Below are positions 55,014 through 62,774 of a DNA stretch of 64,000 nt, piece after piece; position 1 is the stretch's first letter, and each line of letters begins with the position of its first letter. The translations under genes and the position numbers were made by a program. A model generated the notes under the pieces. It saw nothing but the letters and a program-made list of their open reading frames with translations. It made no database searches and had not been told where the DNA came from. The stretch is from an uncultured Gemmatimonadales bacterium. Its GTDB lineage: Bacteria > Gemmatimonadota > Gemmatimonadetes > Longimicrobiales > RSA9. Location of the stretch: positions 672,001 to 736,000 of the forward strand of contig CAWCUS010000001.1 of assembly GCA_963798845.1 (NCBI GenBank). Reading direction: 5' to 3'.

Positions 55014-55078
55014 CCGGGAGCCGCTGGCCGGAAGCCGTTGACCGGGAGCCGCTGACCGGGAGCCGTAGACCGGAGCCG
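55001..55078 (+). repeat. 14-bp (2 x heptamer) tandem repeat, 5 copies plus partial, between convergent genes
   Basis: CGGGAGCCGCTGAC, CGGGAGCCGCTGGC, CGGAAGCCGTTGAC, CGGGAGCCGCTGAC, CGGGAGCCGTAGAC. Confidence 0.9.
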
Positions 55079-55093
55079 GTCGCCCGCTCCCCG

Positions 55094-55456
55094 TTATTCC
55101 TCCAGCAGCGTGTCGAGGGCGCGGGTGCGGGTGACCGCGTCCTCGATGTCGTCGAGCACGGCGAAAAGGCGGGCCATGGCCTCGTCGGTCTTGGCCGGGA
55201 GGTTGTCCAGCTCCCAGATCGCCTCCATCAGGGCGTGCCCGATCTCCTCGTGCATCGCCTGGAGTTTGCCGCACTCGCTGGAACGGGCGAGGGCGAGACG
55301 GCGTCCCGCAGGGGTGTCGGTGAGTCGGATCTTCAGCCCGTCCGTCGTGCAGCCCGGACAGCAGGTGCCGCACTCGGGGCACTGGAGCGTGCGGGCGTCG
55401 AGCTCGGCGTCGCAGACACGGCAGCGGGTCAGGGACGAGATCTTGGTTTTCGGCAT
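55094..55456 (-). CDS. Small Zn-ribbon plus helical-hairpin protein
   Basis: CRVC..CPEC..CPGC followed by amphipathic heptad helices; GGAGAA RBS. Confidence 0.6.
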   Translation of the reverse strand: MPKTKISSLTRCRVCDAELDARTLQCPECGTCCPGCTTDGLKIRLTDTPAGRRLALARSSECGKLQAMHEEIGHALMEAIWELDNLPAKTDEAMARLFAVLDDIEDAVTRTRALDTLLEE

Positions 55457-55649
55457 ATGGACTTCTCCGCCATCATCGACCGTTGGCTAGGCGGGGCTCC
55501 GTCCGTCCTTTCAGCATATGCGTCCGGACCGCCCGGTGCCAGAGCGGCGTCGCCGCTCAGCCGACCCGTCCGGCGAGCCCTGGTGTCGAGCGAACGCTCA
55601 CCGCACCTTCCAACCCAATGCGTACACCGATTTTCCGGCAGCCGGGCTC

Positions 55650-56537
55650 GTGAGCGCTGCGCCAGATCGCCGAACCGGCGTCCAGGTGGCCCTGCTCGGG
55701 CTCGGCGTCAACGCCGTCCTGGTACTGGTCAAGGTGACCGCCGGCGTCCTGGGGAACTCCTACGCCCTGATCGCCGACGGGGTGGAGTCGAGCCTCGACG
55801 TCTTCTCTTCCATCATCGTCTGGCGAGGCCTCACCGTGGCCGGCCGCGCCGCCGACGAGCGCTATCATTTCGGGTACGCCAAGGCCGAGTCGGTCGCCGG
55901 CGCCACCGTCGCCGCCATGCTCGTGGTCGCCGCGATCGGCATCTCGATCGAGGCTGTGCGCGAGATCCTCACCCCTCACCACTCCCCGGCCCCGTTCACG
56001 CTGGCCGTCCTCGCCGTCGTCGTCCTCGGCAAGGGACTCCTCGCCCGCACCGTCTTCCGCGTCAGCGACGGGATCGGCAGCGTCGCCCTGCAGGCCGACG
56101 CATGGCATCACCGCTCCGATGCCCTCACCTCCGCCGCTGCAGCGGTCGGCATCGCCGTCGCCATCGTGGGCGGCGAAGGCTTCGCCCCCGCGGACGACGT
56201 CGCCGCCCTCGTCGCATCCGGCATCATCGTATACAACGGAATCCGCCTCCTTCGTCCCGCGCTCGGAGACCTCATGGACCGCGCGCCCGATCCGGACGTC
56301 ATCGACCGGGTCCGCGCCAGCGCCGCCACCGTTTCCGGCGCGCTCGCCGTCGAGAAGGTGTTGGCGCGGCGGGCCGGTCTCGGCTACTTCGTCGCCCTCC
56401 ACGTCGAAGCCGATCCTGCCATGTCCCTCGAGGACGCCCACGAGCTCGGACATGCCGTCAAGGAAGCCGTCATCGAGGAGGTACCCCACGTCCTCGACGT
56501 CATCGTCCACATGGAGCCGCATCACTCCGCCCATTGA
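55650..56537 (+). CDS. Cation diffusion facilitator family transporter (FieF-like)
   Basis: SYALIADGVES..D, YHFGYAKAE, ADAWHHRSD, SLEDAH, VIVHMEP. Confidence 0.92.
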   Translation: MSAAPDRRTGVQVALLGLGVNAVLVLVKVTAGVLGNSYALIADGVESSLDVFSSIIVWRGLTVAGRAADERYHFGYAKAESVAGATVAAMLVVAAIGISIEAVREILTPHHSPAPFTLAVLAVVVLGKGLLARTVFRVSDGIGSVALQADAWHHRSDALTSAAAAVGIAVAIVGGEGFAPADDVAALVASGIIVYNGIRLLRPALGDLMDRAPDPDVIDRVRASAATVSGALAVEKVLARRAGLGYFVALHVEADPAMSLEDAHELGHAVKEAVIEEVPHVLDVIVHMEPHHSAH

Positions 56538-56544
56538 CCCGGCG

Positions 56545-56640
56545 CCCCCACCCCCCGCCCCCCTCCCCCTCCCACCCTCGCACATACCGCCCTCCCGCCC
56601 TCCGACCCTCCGACCTCCCGCCCGCCGGCCGTTCCGCCCC
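56545..56640 (+). repeat. C-rich low-complexity tract (G-quadruplex potential on the minus strand)
   Basis: CCCCCACCCCCCGCCCCCCTCCCCCTCCCACCC followed by CCCTCCGA-like short repeats. Confidence 0.6.
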
Positions 56641-56688
56641 GCAGCCCGTGGCGGCGAAACGCACCGATGAGGCGGTGCGGGCGCGGCC

Positions 56689-56704
56689 CGGAACACCCCT
56701 TGCT
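56689..56704 (+). promoter_or_regulatory. Sigma54 (-24/-12) promoter candidate
   Basis: CGGAACACCCCTTGCT, GG-N10-GC, about 40 bp upstream of ATG 56743 with GAGGAGG RBS. Confidence 0.5.
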
Positions 56705-56742
56705 ACAGATGTTTGGCGAACTCCAACGCGAGGAGGATCGCA

Positions 56743-57420
56743 ATGGCTGATATGGAGCTCGAACGGAGGCCGCGGCGGGGCCGCGGCGGAAACTGGGTCT
56801 GGTGGATCGTGGGCGCGCTGGTGATCGTCCTGCTCATCTGGTGGTGGGTCGGCGACTGGGGCGGGGACAATGACAACGGGTACGCGGCGAACGACGAGAC
56901 CGCGGACCAGGTGGCGCCCGCGCCGGTGACGTCACCGGCGCCGGTGACGACGACGTCGGCGATCCCGATTGCGGATATCGTGTCCAACCCGCAGACATAC
57001 GTGGGGCAGAGCTACAGCGGCGATGTACTGGTGACGGAGTCGCCCACGCCGCGCGGGTTCTGGGCGCAGGACGACGCGAGCGGCCAGCGCATCTTCGTGG
57101 TGGTGACGGAGGAGCCGAGCGGGCAGCCCCTGTCAGTGACGACGGACCAGCGCTACACGCTGCGGGATGCGACGGTGAGCGACGCTTCCACACTGGGCAG
57201 CATGGGCGGTGAGCCGCTGGACCAGCAGACGCAGGACATCGCGCAGCAGCAGCCGGTGGTGCTGACGGTTTCGGCGATGAACGTGCAGCCGTCCACCGGA
57301 ACGGCGGGCACCCAGAACGGCACCGGGATGAACGCCCCGCCGAACGGCGGCGGCACCCCGGGTGGCGTGAACCAGCCCGCCGACGTGGGTGGCGGAAACA
57401 ACGACGAGGGCGGCAGGTAG
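56743..57420 (+). CDS. Membrane-anchored hypothetical protein (Trp-rich N-terminal TM)
   Basis: NWVWWIVGALVIVLLIWWW, Pro/Thr linker, OB-fold-like segment (RGFWA...IFVVV). Confidence 0.7.
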   Translation: MADMELERRPRRGRGGNWVWWIVGALVIVLLIWWWVGDWGGDNDNGYAANDETADQVAPAPVTSPAPVTTTSAIPIADIVSNPQTYVGQSYSGDVLVTESPTPRGFWAQDDASGQRIFVVVTEEPSGQPLSVTTDQRYTLRDATVSDASTLGSMGGEPLDQQTQDIAQQQPVVLTVSAMNVQPSTGTAGTQNGTGMNAPPNGGGTPGGVNQPADVGGGNNDEGGR

Positions 57421-57445
57421 CCAGCCGTTCCCTCACGAGGGCACG

Positions 57446-57484
57446 ACGCCCGCCGCGGTTCCGCCGTGGCGGGCGTTCGTGTGT
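57446..57484 (+). terminator. Probable intrinsic terminator
   Basis: ACGCCCGCCGCGG-TTCCG-CCGTGGCGGGCGT followed by TCGTGTGT. Confidence 0.6.
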
Positions 57485-57609
57485 CCGGGCGGGGGAGCGT
57501 GGTCACCGCGGGCGGCGGCCGCGGGAACGGCGGCGTCGCGCCGGGCGCTCCCATGTTTGCCCGGACCTTGCATATTGAGGCGATCGCAGCTCCCACGACA
57601 GCGTGAAAG

Positions 57610-58500
57610 GTGACCGTGCATCGATCGATCGAAGCCCTCCTGGTGGAGGCGCGTGAGCAGGAACGCTCGCTCCCGGACGTGGTGCTCCGTGCAGAGGCGG
57701 CGGAGAGCGGGCGAGGCGAGGACGAGATCCGCGGCCGGGTTCGGAAGACGCTGCGGGTGATGCGCGAGGCGATCGACGAGGGCCTGAAGGGGGACGTCCG
57801 CTCTCCGTCCGGCCTCACGGGAGGGCGCGCCGCTCGCCTGCACGCCGACGGCCCCCGCCTCCTGGGCGACCGTGTCACGACCATGCTCTCCCGCGCCATC
57901 GCGACGCTCGAGGTGAATGCGGCCATGGGGCTGATCGTGGCGGCGCCCACCGCCGGCGCGGCGGGGGTGCTCCCGGCGATCCTGACGTCGGCGGGCGAGA
58001 TCCTCGATGCGGACGAGGAGCGCCTCGTCGACGCGATGTTGGTCGCGGGCGGGGTGGGGGGCGTCATCGCCCATCGCGCCTCCCTGGCGGGCGCGGCGGG
58101 CGGCTGCCAGGCGGAAACCGGCTCGGCCGCCGCCATGGGCGCGGCTGCCGTCACGTGGCTGGCGGGGGGGAGCGACGACCAGGTGGCCACCTCCGTCGCG
58201 CTGGCGCTGCAGGGGATGCTCGGCCTCATCTGCGACCCCATCGGAGGGCTGGTCGAGATCCCGTGCATCTACCGCAACGCGACCGCAGCCATGCAGGCGC
58301 TGGCCGCGGCCGAGATGGCGCTCGCCGGCCTCGACTTCCCCGTCCCCGCCGACGAGGTCATCGACGTCATGGGCGAGGTGGGCCGGAAGATGCCCATCGC
58401 GTATCGCGAGACGGCCCAGGGCGGCCTGGCCGCCACGCCTTCCGCCCGCCGCCTGGTCCAGATCCAGCCGTCCCGACGCCCTGCGGGGATCAGCGCCTAG
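57610..58500 (+). CDS. sdaAA: L-serine dehydratase, Fe-S dependent, alpha subunit
   Basis: EVNAAMG.IVAAPTAGAAG, GGCQAE, LGLICDPIGGLVEIPC..RN, RETAQGGLA. Confidence 0.95.
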   Translation: MTVHRSIEALLVEAREQERSLPDVVLRAEAAESGRGEDEIRGRVRKTLRVMREAIDEGLKGDVRSPSGLTGGRAARLHADGPRLLGDRVTTMLSRAIATLEVNAAMGLIVAAPTAGAAGVLPAILTSAGEILDADEERLVDAMLVAGGVGGVIAHRASLAGAAGGCQAETGSAAAMGAAAVTWLAGGSDDQVATSVALALQGMLGLICDPIGGLVEIPCIYRNATAAMQALAAAEMALAGLDFPVPADEVIDVMGEVGRKMPIAYRETAQGGLAATPSARRLVQIQPSRRPAGISA

Positions 58501-58509
58501 GAGGCGATC

Positions 58510-59175
58510 ATGGTCGGACTCTTCGACATCCTCGGCCCCGTGATGGTCGGGCCGTCCTCGTCCCACACCGCCGGCGCGTGCCGCCTGGGGCTGCTCGCCC
58601 GCGCCATTTTCGGCGGCACTCCCGAGCGGGCCACCATCCGCCTCCACGGCTCCTTCGCCGCCACGGGCGAGGGGCACGGCACGCAGCGCGCCATCGTCGG
58701 CGGACTGCTCGGCGTTCCGCCCGACGACCTCCGCCTCCGCTCCGCGTTCGAGGATGCCGACGCCGCCGGCCTCGACTACCGCTTCGAGACCGTCGACCTC
58801 GGCGACGATGCCCACCCCAACACCGCCGTCCTGGAGATCGAGGGCGGGGACGAGAGGCTCCACGTCCGCGGCGCGTCCGTGGGCGGCGGCCGCGTCCGGA
58901 TCACCGAGATCGACGAGTTCCCCGTCGACCTCGGCGGCGACTACCACACCCTCGTCCTGGCAGCCGAGGACCGCCCCGGCACCATTGCTGCCATCAGCAG
59001 CCTCTTCGCGGAGGAGGGCGTCAATCTGGCCACCATGCGCGTGGACCGCACCGGACGGCACCAGGAGGCGCTGATGACCATCGAGGTCGACGCGGCCATC
59101 AGCGACGCGGTCCTCGCGCGGATCCGGGCGTTCGACTGGGTTCTCTGGGCGCGCCGAATCGAGCAGATCGCCTGA
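58510..59175 (+). CDS. sdaAB: L-serine dehydratase beta subunit (with ACT domain)
   Basis: FDILGPVMVGPSSSHTAGA, GSFAATGEGHGT, HPNT, SVGGG, DRPGTI..NLATM. Confidence 0.95.
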   Translation: MVGLFDILGPVMVGPSSSHTAGACRLGLLARAIFGGTPERATIRLHGSFAATGEGHGTQRAIVGGLLGVPPDDLRLRSAFEDADAAGLDYRFETVDLGDDAHPNTAVLEIEGGDERLHVRGASVGGGRVRITEIDEFPVDLGGDYHTLVLAAEDRPGTIAAISSLFAEEGVNLATMRVDRTGRHQEALMTIEVDAAISDAVLARIRAFDWVLWARRIEQIA

Positions 59176-59325
59176 CGGCAGCCGGCGCCACGATATCCTA
59201 CCATCCCGGGGCGATCCGCCCTATCGTGGAATCGCTGCACGCATCATCCCCCCGCCGCCGCAGGCGGCCGGCTCCACCAGGACCGCGCGGCGGCCAGCCC
59301 GCAACAGCCAGCCGGAGAGACATCA

Positions 59326-59802
59326 ATGGGAGGGACGGTCATCACCATCGAGTTCGATGGCAGGGAGGTATCCGTGACGCCATCCTCGACCTGCCCGGCG
59401 AAGAACGCCCCGGACGCGGCGTGCGCGGTCCACGGGTCGTTCGTGGACTGGGAGGAGAAGCCGAGGAACACGTTCCACTGGGCCGTGATCGTACTGGGGG
59501 ATGCGCCGTTCAAAAAGCAGGTCTTTTCCAACACCCGCGGCTGCGCCACGGGCGGCTACGTGGACACCGGCGAGGACGGAGAAGAGGTGGAGTACGTGGT
59601 GGTGGCGTGGAACGACTACGGCGCCCACAAGGTTCTCGACCCGGTGCTGGTGATCAAGGACCAGCCGCACCCGCCGACCACCTCCGCCTTCTACTCGATC
59701 CTGGACGGGATCCAGAGCCAGGCTCAGACGCTGTCGGAGGACCTCCAGCAGCTGGAAGCGATCGCTCGTCAGATCATTCCCGAGGAGGAGACGGCGTCGT
59801 AG
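59326..59802 (+). CDS. Hypothetical protein
   Basis: GGAG RBS, typical codon use, beta-rich core (EYVVV..LDPVLVI) and a helical tail; overlaps the convergent gene by 29 bp. Confidence 0.6.
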   Translation: MGGTVITIEFDGREVSVTPSSTCPAKNAPDAACAVHGSFVDWEEKPRNTFHWAVIVLGDAPFKKQVFSNTRGCATGGYVDTGEDGEEVEYVVVAWNDYGAHKVLDPVLVIKDQPHPPTTSAFYSILDGIQSQAQTLSEDLQQLEAIARQIIPEEETAS

Positions 59803-61711
59803 AGGCGGTCTCGGTTCCGAGGCCTACCAGGCGGAGGAACGCCGGGTCCGTGTGCAGCCCGTCGAACACCCAGTCCCGGGCCACCACGGCGGTGTCGGGA
59901 AGCTGGACCGCCAGCGCCATCCGGAGCAACCGGACTGCGCTGGCGCGGTCGTCCATCAGCAGTGCGACCTGCGCCTCGTCGTAGGCCAGCCCCGGCTGCG
60001 GCTCCGGGCCGCGTGCGCGGATAACGATCGCCCGGGCGCTGTCCGCCAGCCCGGCCCTCGCCGCCACCTTGGCCACCTGCATGATCGCCCACGCGCGGTA
60101 CGGCTGGCGCTGCGACGACGGCACCGTCGCCACCAGCGAGTCGACCAGCGCCCAGGCGCGGTCCACGTCGGGAGCCACCTGGGGGAAGGTCCCGAGCACG
60201 GTGAGGTCCAGCTGGATGAACCCGGAGTTGTCCGGGAACCGTGACCGGCCCTCGGCGACCTGCGTGATGATGGCGTCGTCAGGGCCGAACTGCAGCCCGC
60301 TGTAAGCGGCGGCGAAAAGCGCGTTCTCCTCCAGGTCGAGGAACTCGTCGGCGGCGATTGCGTGGTCGGCCGCGAGCTTCGCTTCCTCGAAGCGGCCCTG
60401 GTCCGTGAGCAGCTCGCTGAGGGCCTGCCACGCCCGGGCACTGCGGTCGTCGCGCTCCACGGCCAGCCGAAGGTCGGCCTCCGCCCTGGAACGGAGCGAG
60501 GCAAGCTCCGACCCCGAGGCACCCGTCGCCTGCGCCATCCGGACGAGCCCCCGCAGCTCCAGCGCCGCGGCGGTGTCCACAGATACGGCCAGCGCTCGCT
60601 CGGCGTGCGCCAGCGCCTGTGTGCACCAGGTCGGCGAGGGTGCCGTGGGGCTGCCCACGATGGAAGCCAGGTCGAGGGCGACGTGGCCACGCAGGAGCGC
60701 GGGCTGGTCCCAGGTGGGGTCCAGGTGCCCGGCCTTCGCCAGGAGCGTGTCGGCGCGCAGCAGCAGCGGCAGCCCGGCCTCCGCGTCCTCGCTGCGCAGG
60801 GCCCAGAAGTCCGTGTACAGGCGCTGGGCACGGCCCCAGAGCGCCCACGCCTCGTCGCTGGTGTTGCCCGCGCGCCGACGGCGGAGATCGAGCTCCCTCC
60901 CGAGGACCTTCCGGAGTGCGCGCGAGACCCCGCCCACGAGGCTGTCCTGGAGCGCGATCCAGGCGCCCACCGGCGCGTCCACGTAATCGCTGTGCAGGTG
61001 GCTCAGGTCGGAGCCGCGGATGAGCTGGAACGTGACCCGGATCTTCCCGTCCGGCCCCGGCGCAACGCTCCCTTCCACGATGCTTCCCGCCCGGAGCTCC
61101 GCCACGACCCTGTCCATGTCCACACGCTCGCCACGGAACCGCTTCACCCCGTTGCGCGAGATCACGTCCAGCGACCGGACCTGCCCGAGCTCGTGGATCA
61201 GCGCTTCGGTCAGCGCGTCGGCCAGGTACGCATATTCGCCGTTCGGCGTGTAGTCGTCGAAGTAGAGCACGGCCACGCGCGCGGGGTCGAGCGACACCGG
61301 GGCGATCACCGCCGCCGCATTCCCGGCGGAGGCCGCTTCCGACGTGCGCGGCCCCCAGACCTGCCAGCCGGTCACGCCCAGCGCCACGCTCAGCAGCACC
61401 ACGAGCAGCACGGCCAGCACGCGCCCACCGACCCCCAGCAGCTCTGAAAACCCCCGCCCCCGGTCCGCTCTAACCCCCTCGGTGGTGACCTGGAGCGCCC
61501 ACGCGAGGACCACGACGATCGGGAATCCCACGGCCGAGACCACCACCAGCAACGGGAGCAGCCATGACGGGAACTCCAGCGCCGACACCAGGATCGTGTC
61601 CACGAACTGGAGCACCGCGTACGCCCCGACCAGGTACAGGATGACCATCCTGGAAACGCGGCGGCGGCGCAGCTCGTCGAGAAATGACCGAAGACCCGAT
61701 CCAATGGGCAT
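59774..61711 (-). CDS. Membrane protein with 3 N-terminal TM helices, TolB-like domain and TPR repeats
   Basis: FLDELRRRRV..YLV..GFP...AW, VAVLYF..LADALTEALI..LDVISR, IVEGSV, TPR helices. Confidence 0.85.
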   Translation of the reverse strand: MPIGSGLRSFLDELRRRRVSRMVILYLVGAYAVLQFVDTILVSALEFPSWLLPLLVVVSAVGFPIVVVLAWALQVTTEGVRADRGRGFSELLGVGGRVLAVLLVVLLSVALGVTGWQVWGPRTSEAASAGNAAAVIAPVSLDPARVAVLYFDDYTPNGEYAYLADALTEALIHELGQVRSLDVISRNGVKRFRGERVDMDRVVAELRAGSIVEGSVAPGPDGKIRVTFQLIRGSDLSHLHSDYVDAPVGAWIALQDSLVGGVSRALRKVLGRELDLRRRRAGNTSDEAWALWGRAQRLYTDFWALRSEDAEAGLPLLLRADTLLAKAGHLDPTWDQPALLRGHVALDLASIVGSPTAPSPTWCTQALAHAERALAVSVDTAAALELRGLVRMAQATGASGSELASLRSRAEADLRLAVERDDRSARAWQALSELLTDQGRFEEAKLAADHAIAADEFLDLEENALFAAAYSGLQFGPDDAIITQVAEGRSRFPDNSGFIQLDLTVLGTFPQVAPDVDRAWALVDSLVATVPSSQRQPYRAWAIMQVAKVAARAGLADSARAIVIRARGPEPQPGLAYDEAQVALLMDDRASAVRLLRMALAVQLPDTAVVARDWVFDGLHTDPAFLRLVGLGTETASTTPSPPRE

Positions 61712-61797
61712 GGGGAGTCGTCTTCGGGTAGGGGGAAGCCATGGCGCCCGTATGCACTATGTCGGGGGAGGGGGTGCGGGGACAAGGGGGGTCTTGG

Positions 61798-61990
61798 CTC
61801 GGGCTTCGCCCTCGCAGAGGGGCTCGGCCCCTGCGGGGCCTCGCAGAGGGGCTCAGCCCCTGCGGGGGCTTCGCAGAGGGGCTCGGGCTTCGCCCTCGCA
61901 GAGGGGCTCGGCCCCTGCGGGGCCTCGCAGAGGGGCTCGGGCTTCGCCCTCGCAGAGGGGCTCAGCCCCTGCGGGGGCTTCGCAGAGGGG
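61798..61990 (-). repeat. Tandem array B: 7 units of 25-30 nt, same family as arrays A and C, on the minus strand
   Basis: + strand CTC-[GGGCTTCGCCC | GGCCCCTGCGGGGCC | AGCCCCTGCGGGGGCT]-TCGCAGAGGGG; unit order 25,29,30,25,29,25,30 nt. Confidence 0.96.
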
Positions 61991-62372
61991 CGGGGCCGGG
62001 CAGGTGGGGGGGGGAGCGGGTGAAGGCGTTGATCAGGCGGCGCAGGTCCAGCTTCACGTCCTTCAGGAGGCGGAGCGCGCAGAGGAGATCCTCGTTGGCG
62101 ACGGCGCCGACCGCCGTGAGGCTGCGGAGGGCGTGCTCGCATTCCACGGCCGAGCGGTGAGCATAACGATAGAGGCGGACCTTGTCGCCGGTGCTCATCT
62201 CGCCCAGGCCCTCGCCCACGTTGGTCACGACCGACGCCGCCGAGCGTTGCAGGTGATCGTTCGCCGGCTGCCTTGCCACCGCCGCCCGCCCTCCGAGCGA
62301 CTCCGCCATTCGGAGGACCTTTCGCGCCAGCCTGGCCACCCGCGGCTCCCGCGACCGCCCGCTTCTCACCAT
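61962..62372 (-). CDS. Four helix bundle protein (23S rRNA IVP / bAvd-like family)
   Basis: DHLQRSAASVVTNVGEG...DKVRLYRYAHRSAVEC...LRRLI matches the family pattern DQL.RAA.S...NIAEG...F..IA.GS..E; GGAG RBS. Confidence 0.82.
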   Translation of the reverse strand: MVRSGRSREPRVARLARKVLRMAESLGGRAAVARQPANDHLQRSAASVVTNVGEGLGEMSTGDKVRLYRYAHRSAVECEHALRSLTAVGAVANEDLLCALRLLKDVKLDLRRLINAFTRSPPHLPGPAPLRSPRRG

Positions 62373-62419
62373 GCTCCCACTCTACCCCTCCCCCCCGGCC
62401 ACAGCCATGGCTCGATGCG

Positions 62420-62642
62420 CCTCTGCGAGGCGAAGCCCGAACCCCTCTGCGAGGCGAAGCCCGAGCCCCTCTGCGAGGGCGAAGCCCGAGCCCCTCTGCG
62501 AGGCGAAGCCCGAGCCCCTCTGCGAGGGCAAAGCCCGAGCCCCTCTGCGAGGGCAAAGCCCGAGCCCCTCTGCGAGGGCGAAGCCCGAGCCCCTCTGCGA
62601 GGGCGTAGCCCGAGCCCCTCTGCGAGGGCGAAGCCCGAGCCC
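62420..62642 (+). repeat. Tandem array C: 9 units of about 24-25 nt
   Basis: CCCCTCTGCGA-(G)GGC-[GAA/AAA/GTA]-GCCC-GAG repeated; inverted relative to array B. Confidence 0.96.
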
Positions 62643-62774
62643 ACCCACCCCCCACCCCTTTCCCCGCCCCGCCCCCGCGCCCATCATCGAGGCGCCCCGC
62701 TCGCCATTGACCCGAGATGAACAGTTGCGCCCGCCGGCGGTCCGGGGGGGCGCCGCAGGAGCGACCGAAGGCCG

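Noticed and set aside
4114..56824. Many long antisense or alternate-frame ORFs (e.g. 4114-6861, 7625-9652, 18038-20092, 37890-40142, 54872-56824)
   Set aside because: Arg/Pro/Gly-rich shadows of real genes, expected at this GC content; no motifs
61962..62372. Diversity-generating retroelement (Avd-like gene)
   Set aside because: No reverse transcriptase and no TR/VR pair with adenine-specific mismatches seen in the window
47877..62642. Repeat arrays A, B and C as CRISPR arrays
   Set aside because: The variable parts are only 10-16 nt, palindromic and reused; there are no unique spacers, no leader and no cas genes
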